From the NCBI GenBank assembly GCA_036172245.1, contig JAYWIR010000006.1:1240001-1304000 (forward strand): a DNA stretch of 64,000 nucleotides, read 5' to 3'. The notes under the pieces were generated by a model, which saw only the letters and a list, made by a program, of their open reading frames with translations, did not search any database and was not told the origin of the DNA. Below, piece by piece: positions 54,829 through 64,000 of the stretch; within the stretch, counting starts at the first letter, position 1; every line of letters starts with the position of its first letter. The stretch is from Raillietiella orientalis (Eukaryota). The translations under genes were made by a program, and so were the position numbers.

Positions 54829-55900
54829 GAACTGGTTCAGATGCTGGAAGAGAATCCTATTCTAGTTAATGAACTTAGAATACAAAAAGAATTGCGAGTA
54901 TGGATTGCACGCCCTTCAAAGAGATAATTTATCTTCTAATTATACTTACTATCTAGTAAAACAGGCCTTGAAATTTGAACTGTATTTATTTCAATTACCA
55001 GTGTTTGATATTGCATAGATAGTTTCTTTGAATCGGTAATTCTATATTTCTGAATTTATTAATAAATATTTATCATCAACTTACTGCTAATGCAATGTAA
55101 ATATAAACCATTAATAAAGTCGCAAGTTAAAGTCGAGATAGAAAAGCAAAAATCTGTGCGCAAGTTTACGGTCATTCTTTGATTTCATGAATTCTTTGAT
55201 TTCTTTCATTGTGCTTTTCAGTCTAAATAACAGAATTCAGGATTAGATAATTATCATAAAAACTGGAAGTGTTTGAAATCTTAGGGTAATCTGATAATTT
55301 AAGACTTTAGCAGATTAGAGGAACAATGCGTTTACTGTTATTATGAATCCTAGGGAAATTCTCTAGAGAATCAAATCTCTATAGAAACAAATTCCTAGTG
55401 GAGTCCATGGTTGGCGCTGTTGAAGATAAATAGAATTCAACGATGACAGTTTTGCTTGTATACATTTTATATAGCATTATCTGTAGTGAAATGATTGATG
55501 ATTGGATGGATATTTCTCAATGACAAGGGGCTATGGATGATTCGTTTGATCTCCAAACTATTAAGCGCGAGCTTCGCATAGATATAGCTGATCCAAAAGT
55601 TTTCCAAAAGCATTCATGTGCTAATTGTCTACCGCGAAGCATCTAGGGATTGCGAATAAACTTCTAGAGCTCCCAATACTAAAATTAAGTAATCTAAAAT
55701 GTACGGCACTCATTCTAATAATCCCATATAGTTATAAATCTGAAACACTGTTTAGTGTTCATTTGAAAATACCACGATTATTATTATATAAACAGGAAAA
55801 AAAGTACATATGAAAAATTGAGTGAAAGCTATGTTGAATCGTTAGCAAGTTTTATCGAGGAAGAAATAGCTTTACGTGTGCCTACTTTGGAGGACGACTA
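54829..55900 (+). pseudogene. Candidate endogenous viral element: decayed L-protein-like frames
   Basis: ELVQMLEENPILVNELRIQKELRVWIAR/DNLSSNY resembles the recalled phenuivirus ENP.LL..PR..EE....IA....SS. Later come ICSEMIDDWMDI..DSFDLQTIKRELRIDIADP and a natural-looking end EKLSESYVESLASFIEEEIALRVPTLEDD* at ~55900. Confidence 0.35.
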
Positions 55901-57242
55901 AGGAAAGAAATGAATAACTTCATAAATTGAAAATTTAATAAATTCGAATGTTCTGTAGGTATACACATTACCTGTTTATAACATTAGAAATGCTATGGGT
56001 GTTTTTGACTGTAAAATGGATTAAAATTCCAGCACTACAAATCATTCTAGGAAATCTTGATGACTTTCGAATTTATCGGTGAAAAGGTTGTATATGAGTT
56101 GCAAAATACAGAATTTATTCCATCAAATTGCATTTTCAAAAACAATTTGAAATTAGGAGGAGAGAATGTGTTTACCGTTGTTTCGAAGAAGCTCATGATC
56201 ACAAAAATTAGAATTTATTCGATTAACTGTAGCTCTGCATTCATAGTTTGGCTCCTTCCAAATCGATTGTTAAAATAAAATAGCTCTTTTGATTTCTACA
56301 TGACAAAAATGTCAAGAAGAAAATGAAGATAAAATTTCAATTCGTTTTTTTTACAGATAGTGTTTTTAATACTAACTCGTTCCATAGAAAAAATATCTAC
56401 ATGCAAATTCCAAGTTCGAAATATAATTAGAAATTATGAATAGGACTATTATAATGTCTGCTTTCCCTTCCCATTGAACTCATTGTTCAGTTGTGTTTTC
56501 ACAGCAAATTTATAAAGAAATTGTCTTCAGTAATTATTGTAATATGGATTAAAATCTGCATTCTGAACTCGAGTGGAAATTGCTTAATGATAAGCAAATA
56601 TTGGTCCGTTTTTGTTGGTATCTCACGCTTGTGTGTATGAGAGCGCTTGGTTTTGAAAGTTATTTCCGTAATTTGAATTTTCAGCCTGGTAGGTCCCCAA
56701 GTGCATCGCTGCACTTGAAAATGTTTTTCAGAAAGAATCAAAAGGGAGTGTTATTAATTGTAGGAAAAGTATTTTTTTGCTTAACAACGGACAACTATAA
56801 GTGGTATATTTTTTATGATGAAATGAATTAAACAAAGTCGCAGCAATCGGTTTTGAAGAAAAGAATGCTCGTGTGCACATGTTGTGAGCCACATGACAGT
56901 CCTTAAGCACACAGTCATTGGCGTAGTTATTGTGATTGTGCACTTGTATGTTTCCAAAATAGAAGTTTGTTTTCCCTGTAAAAACTACCCAAAGGAATGT
57001 CGGAGTTGTATGTGGATGCTTTGTAAATATGCGTTTATGTGTATGATTGTATGATTTACACATGCAATTTCCATGTATGTTTATAAATTTAGCCTCGGAA
57101 TTACGCATTTCTGAGTGTTCTAAATTCATAAAATGGGATAACCTTTTATTTGCTTGTTTCAGTTAATGTGTGGTTTCAGAGGTCTACTAAAAATTCATAA
57201 TTTATTAATTTCGTAGAATAGTATGCGATACATTCCCATGTA

Positions 57243-58801
57243 ATGACCAGTAATACCCGAGAGGTGGAAAAATTCTTGGAAAGATCAATCCAACTTCTAG
57301 ATGAGAGCCTTAATGTTTCGTATCCTAAGAAAAAGTCTGAAGTCACAACATATTCAACACAAAGGAATTATGGAACACCTGTACTGAATTCTTTTGTAAT
57401 ATCAGATTCTTCTGAATTGGATCTAACAGAACGTCTTTCAATACAACTACATGCAAAGAACAATACAAGTAATATGAATTTTTTTGTGCCTTAATTATAT
57501 TTTTGACCTCGAAATATTCTTGTGTAGACACTATGTGTGCTTAGCAATTATGCTGATGTAGTTTAATGTTTTCAAATCTGTGCTAAATTTGTTTTTTGGG
57601 ATTGTAGGCACAATTATTTTAAGCATTTGTGAAATGACATTTGATGATGGTTTTGTCAATTTTTAAGTGTATGTGAGATAGCTTTAATAATCTTCATAAG
57701 AAATGAAATTCTGCAGCTTATGTAGTTTCAGTTTTGTATTTTTAGGTTTGCAACATGTATTTGCTAATACAGCTGACTTTCATTAGTATCTGGTACTTTG
57801 TTTCTCTTTTCTTTTGTTTTTAATTTTCACATACTTTTCACCATCTAACGTTATCTCTAGAAGACAAATGCAAAACGTAAAGTTTTCGGTGTTTCTTAAA
57901 AACCTGAGATTGATTAATAAGTACAAAACATCATGTAAGACTAACAGATGTGAACAGAAAGCTGTTCTTTAATCATTGAAATTATCAAACCAATGGTATG
58001 CATATATGGTTTTCATTCTAATATATTTCATTATTCTTTTCCATAGCTTTTGTAACTTTTGCATCATCAATAGATTTGAATCAACTCTGGGTATGGTCAA
58101 TTGCAAATTTGAACCTATTTTTCTTCTAATTGAAGTCTTGTAATATATAATTCGTAATTGATTAGGCTATCAGTCTTGGATTCCTTTACACGAGAATTCT
58201 TATACTCATGAGATCTTTGTGCTTTTTCAATAAATCAGTGAAAGAATATAGTGTGAACTCTTTCAGTAATCAAACTGGAATAATAGTCTAGATATATGAC
58301 AAATGCATTTGTATCATTTACTTTGGAATGATGTGATCTTTCTCTCCAAAAGTAGAATAAAATAAAAGTATCATATATGTCTGAAAAACTTACTAAAAAT
58401 TATTTTCATTTCTATGCATAAAGCTATCTGCAGCCTTTGCTGTATTGATAAAAGTGGCATTGTCAACTAACGAGAACAAATGATTATTTGGAATGATCAT
58501 GAGTAAACAGGTTTGTGAATGTAAACAATATTAAAATAGTTGAAAGTTTGTCAGTGAGTATTATATTAATGTAAACATGAGAGGAAAAAAAAAAATCTTT
58601 TGTTGAATGGCCAGTTCTTTGGTATTTTAACAAATCATGCATGATCAAATCTCATATATTTTGTTGATACGATTTATTAAATTTGTAGCATATTTTGAAA
58701 AAGGAAAAGTCGCGAATTTTCCATTTTACAGGTTGACTAGTGAATTTGGTGCAACTTGCATTGATTTGAGAAAAATCAAGTTGGAAGTTAATATTGAAAT
58801 C

Positions 58802-58832
<31 letters not shown>

Positions 58833-61800
58833 AGTAGCAACGGAAATCGATTATAGATGACCTTAATTCACTAGTCATAGTTCATAATGCTTCAGTCAGA
58901 AAAGGGAAATTTCACTAATGCAACGTATTTTTGACAAGAATTGTGAAAAGGAATGAACATGAATAGATAATCTAGAAATTTAGATTCCCATGCAGGATAA
59001 CGTGAACTGTAATTTAAAGAGATATAGATGTTTGAAACAATCCAAAGATAATCTAGGAAGTAGCAGTTGCATGAAAGATGGATGTGCTATAGCCTAATCT
59101 GCAAAACTTATGTTCAAAAGAAATAGTGCAAAATGGTTTCTAAATATCCAGGGAAAGACATGAATGGCATGGAAAAAAATATGCTCGGCATCGTTTTATT
59201 TTTAATAAAAATTATTTAGTCTCTGTAAGGTTCTGCATCTACAGGGTTTGTTGCTCTTCCATGACATTTGAAGCATTCCTCCAAAATTGTGGAATATTGG
59301 GAAGTCCTGAAAATTTCATCCTTTTTTATGTGAATTACCTATTATATATTCTCATTTGCAATTTTCGGTTTTGTTATTTGATTTTATTAGAAAAGCTGGT
59401 TATATTGAAGTAAGTCATGGACTTTGTATGTATATTCAAGGTTCTGATATGTCTGAGAGAGCAATTGGTTGAGTGAAGTTTCAGTTTATGAAAGTTGAAA
59501 CATGTCATGTATTCTAACCATCTCCTGTTGTGATATACATGTAACTTTGTGTACGAATAATGTTATAATGTATTATTCAGGTGCTTTGAATGGTGTTTCT
59601 CAAAATGGAGAATCTCTTCTTGAAAAGACGCTTCCTTCCAAAGAACTCCATGAATGTATTTCTGAAATAATCAAATACTCAGGCCCTGCAGGTGATATAT
59701 TTTCAAGTATTAATCATTTGGGGAAGCAGCCCATTGTCTTTTCAGGACTCTATGAAGGATTTTTGCTTGCTTCACAAGCCAATACAGGAGACCATGAGCT
59801 TTTCAAAAAGCTATCTGCTTTTGAGCATCTCTGTGAGGAGTATGCATCTATGGTGTATGAGCTGCTTAAAAAAATTTCTCCTGAAGATGAAAATTACAGA
59901 TTCATTACTGAGGTTAGGAATCAGTGATTTTTTGACTTAATTTTTTTCAAGGTGCATGATTCTTTGGTGCAAGAAAAAAAATGTTGGAGTTTGGTGTCAT
60001 CTTTATACCGTGATCGTCTTGAATTTACTGTAGAAGATGAGAAAAATGAGTCTCTTTCTGTTGATGGGCAGCTGAGTGATCAGCAGTTGGTTGATAATTT
60101 ATTTGAAAGAGAAGCTGGTATTCGGCAGGTTGCTACTTTTAAGCATGTTAATCACTTGCCTGATTAGTGTCAAATTGTAGTGGACTGGCTTGAGAAAATG
60201 GCTGCTGACACATTCAAGCAACAACTGATCAAGCACTTAGAATATTTTGTGGATGATGGAGTTCCATGGGAAAACACTTTGTATACTTTGAGGCACAAAA
60301 ATGGAGATAAGGGTCTAGTTACTCAGTTGGATCCAGATGCACCTGAAAGGCAGCACAAGAAGTTACATGACTTAGATCAGGTTGGAATGCGGCGTCTGTG
60401 GTCTTATTATAAATGAATCCTAGAGAGACGAAGATCGGTTGCTTCAGTATATGTTAATGTACTTGCGATGTGGTTGTTCACATGAAGCTTATCAGCTGTG
60501 TATGCATGTTGGTCAACCTTGGAGAGCTGCTATCCTGGAGGGCTGGCGATTGTATCATGATCCAAATTTTAAATCTAGAGATCTTAGTCAATTGCAACCA
60601 GTGCAAGGTAACCCTTACAGGTAAAACTACAAATCTTGGACGTAAAACTAAAGGAAATTAGGGATGTATGGAAGAAATGTTGCTGGCAGCTTTTAGAGCA
60701 AGAAAAACTTTCTATAGTAGAGAGAGGGATTTATGGAACCCTGTGTGGATGCTTGCCTGCTATGCTCTCCATCTGCAAATCATGGGAAGATGCTCTGTGG
60801 GCTCATTTGCATGCTTTAATTGATTGTTGTGTGGAACAGGAGATTCATGCAGGTCATATTGATTGGCGCCCCTTGGAGCCTCTTCCTGATGCATATCAAG
60901 ATAAAGTGTAAGAAGTACGAAAGGAGCGATATTTTCTGATGTATTATAGTAGTCTAGATCTTGAATTGGTATTCCAGGAATTGCACGCCTCGACTAACAA
61001 GCGTATTCGTGAAGAAAGTGAAAATAAATATCACATAATTCAGAAATTTGTGATTCTGGATGATTGGGAAGCCCTTGTGGATGAATTCCGAAGTTGGCTA
61101 GAATCTTCGAATCCCCTTCATCCTCAGCTTATCCGTTTCTTGGTGCACTTGATTTTATTCTACCATCATCTGGGACGTGGCACCCAGGAAACCATAGAAA
61201 CTGATATCTTAGAACTATATGTTCAGTTATTAAGCCAGTTAGACCTTCCACAATCCTTAGCTTGGTATGCAGCCCTGCTGCCTCGAGATACGCAAGTGGC
61301 TAGCTTTGCATCATATTTAGTAACAGTCACTGACTGCAAGCAACAGCGTTTTTGCCTGGAACAAGGATGGAATTGCCATTTAGATGTCCTTGGTGCAACA
61401 CACACTGTTGTTAGTCATATATTGTAAGCTTTAAATGCTTTGCAATTTTGCCAATGTGTTGCAGTGATGAACAGATAGCCCCTGGTACTGAAGTGGACCT
61501 TCGCACCCACACATCAGCTGCAGATATTCGCAAAATTGATGCTCTGGAATGGTTGCTTCATTATCCAGAGCAGCGGGGTGAATTACTGCAGCAGACTAAT
61601 ACATTAATGCGTCAGTTCTTGGCTGTGCACAAGCTGGATGCAGCACACATGGCTTTCAATAAGGTAGTTTCTGTACCCTGCTTATACTCAAGCATGTTCT
61701 GCAGGTTCCAGCAGATACAATTAGCGTCATTTTGGAACAGCAATCCCAAACATCTGTATCCATCAAAAATCATATTCGAGAATATTTATGTCATCAAGCC

Positions 61801-62347
61801 TGGCTGGTAAATGAACAAATTGCAGAAAGCTTTAAGTAATGCATTTTTACAGAAAGCCCAGGATGCATTTAATGACTGGATGAAGTATTTCTATAACCAA
61901 CCACAGCCACCTATGTTGCATACAGACAATTTCATTGAGCGGATCACAAGTGAGCATCAGGAGCGCCAGTATGAAGAAGCTTTATCCCAGTGGCAAAGAG
62001 CCACTGCACATTACACTGATAGGGCATGTAAGCACTTGCAAGCAGTGCTTCAGTTCCCAGATGGTGGTTGGCTGGTAGACACTTGTGTTGAGAAGGGTGA
62101 TGAAAGACGCCAGCAGGAACTTCAGAGCTTACGCAAGCTTTGTCTGCCGCAAATCTTTTTTTCCCTTGAAAGAGTAGTCATTTCCTCCAGATCGCCTCAT
62201 GGAGTCTCATTTTTATTGGAAATACTTATGGATGAAAACCATAAGCTCTATAGCATATTCGAACACCAACATTTGCAAGTATTTTATGCTAATTTGGCCA
62301 AATCTATGGTGGAAACCTTCGAAAAAATGCAAAGTATCGTTTTTTAG
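57243..62347 (+). CDS. NUP107: Nuclear pore complex protein Nup107
   Basis: QEKKCWSLVSSLYRDRL, CQIVVDWLE, WENTL..LVTQLDPDAPERQ.KKLHDLD, GQPWRAAILEGWRLYHDPN, RKIDALEWL and VLQFPDGGWLVD..LRKLCLP. The core runs 59581-62347 with 39-46 nt introns. First exon 57243-57468 is inferred from a phase-1 match to the acceptor at 59580. Confidence 0.93.
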
Positions 62348-64000
62348 AATTTTTACGTACACAATAAATCAATTGACATATTTGATGTATTTGAGTGATT
62401 TTTGCCCCAGCCAACTACAAGGTGTTTTTTTTTTTTTTTTTGCCAATGCAGAATGTAGATTGCATGACTAATATTGATGTCAAGATGTGTTTTTAAATTA
62501 TATTGGCCAGGGAGGTATCACCAGCGAGTAATGTATGTGCATTACAAGGAAAATTTTAATGATTCAGGTTTTTTCACGCTATTTTTACTATGCACCTGCT
62601 AGTTGCATGTGGTTCATGGAGCAAGATTTTTTTTTTTTTCCTTTTGCTACCGATTTACAAATGTGGTTTTGCTAGTGTTTGCCTTTCTGATTCGAATCGC
62701 GAATTTCTGATGTATTTTAAAATAAGGGAAACCAAACAGCCGCTCTGCGAACAGACTACCATGTGAGCTGCTGTGCATGGCTCCATTGTATTACATTTTG
62801 GGGGGAAGGCGCATTCTATGACTAATTCTTAATAGGGAAGGTTCTTGAATTGGGATCGCATGTCTTTGAATGCGGTACACATGCAATGAATGCATGGTAT
62901 ACACGGGGGAAGCCAAAGCAGCTTTGAAGTGTTTGAATGTTGGACTGTCGGTCTTCATGGTTTGTGCACGATTTTTGATTTTTTGTCCAAGAGGGCTTTG
63001 AAAATGCATTGTGAAGCTCCTCAGTATTGCAAAAACTGCAAAATCCACAGCTGTCTCATGCATGACAGTCTTGTATGCAGCAGTGCGCGATTTGTACATG
63101 TTCTGTAACTTTGAATGAACTACGACAAAAAAGGAAACGATCATCAGTGAGGCTTTGGAAAATTACGGTGGGGGCAGATGGTACTCTTCAATTCAATCTT
63201 TGGTGGTACCAAGTTCACATTTATTCTTAGTACAAAAAATGCGTCCTATTTTCGAACGGTATGCACTTGGTACGTGAACCCTTTCTTTCTTTCTTTTTTT
63301 TCCCCCTTTTTTCCCGTTACTCAGCGCTTGTATTCTGAAATGGAGCATGAGAAATTAGCCTGTTGAGGCTCGCCTGTTAACTTTAGACTGGAGATTTTAG
63401 AGCCGAATTTGAGAAACATAGATTAGCTTACGTGAAGTTCCCTCTTTTTTTGAAAAAAAAAAAGAAAAAAAAAGAACAAGGAGAATAGGATCTTAATAGA
63501 AAAATAAACGCAATATTGCTTCCGTTTTGGAAGATTTGCTGCTTTCTGGACTTCACAGTAACGAAAAGTGTATTGTCTGTGTTTTGCGAGTGAAGTGCAT
63601 GGGTGTTGTGCCGATCACGTTGCGTTTCCGTTCGCGAAATCGTGGGCGCCGTTCGCTTCGCCAGCAGGCCTAAGGTAGGTGGTGCAAATCATTTTGGGTT
63701 TAAGCAGGTTTATGTAAGTCTTATGTACCTGTAAATAGTTCAGTATTGATTTGCAATTCGGGCTTCATCGGACATGTTGATTTCGAATGAAATCGCGAGT
63801 TTGACGAATGTTGTTTCGATGCTTAATTAAACTCGACGGTAACTATGAGTTGTGCTTAATGAAGTATGGCCCCCTTGGAGCCTGCTGTGTTCAATTCGTA
63901 TTACAATTTGCATGGCATCTGACAAGTCCGTTTTACACATAAAGGCTCTCAATAAATGGCAGTTTGTTTCGTTCCCAAGATTTCGCTGTTTGACTAACTA

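Noticed and set aside
59417..59425. ATGGACTTT|gtatgt as a NUP107 first exon
   Set aside because: Its phase-0 donor is incompatible with the phase-1 acceptor at 59580. The 57243-57468 exon fits.

Overview
Eukaryotic nuclear DNA, most likely from an arthropod (it encodes a tramtrack-type BTB domain). There are nine intron-containing genes, most of their introns very short (about 39-58 nt) GT-AG: a BTB+homeodomain transcription factor, GCDH, PSMA5, CCDC51, NPRL2, TRAPPC13, eIF5, an aftiphilin-like gene and NUP107. The long spacers between genes contain decayed foreign and mobile DNA. This includes a pseudogenised Wolbachia-like transfer (adk 3' end, rpsM 5' end, IS630 transposase) split by a 1.28 kb GC-rich insert, and several stop-riddled AT-rich reading frames that by eye resemble parts of a bunyavirus-like L polymerase (candidate endogenous viral elements). 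LINE and Gypsy remnants and inverted repeats are also present. The most notable points are the BTB-homeodomain fusion, the Wolbachia mosaic, the scattered L-like fragments, an ultra-compact CCDC51/NPRL2/TRAPPC13 cluster with overlapping CDSs, and a weak-context uORF in the eIF5 leader. All homology calls are by eye from recalled family motifs; no searches were run.
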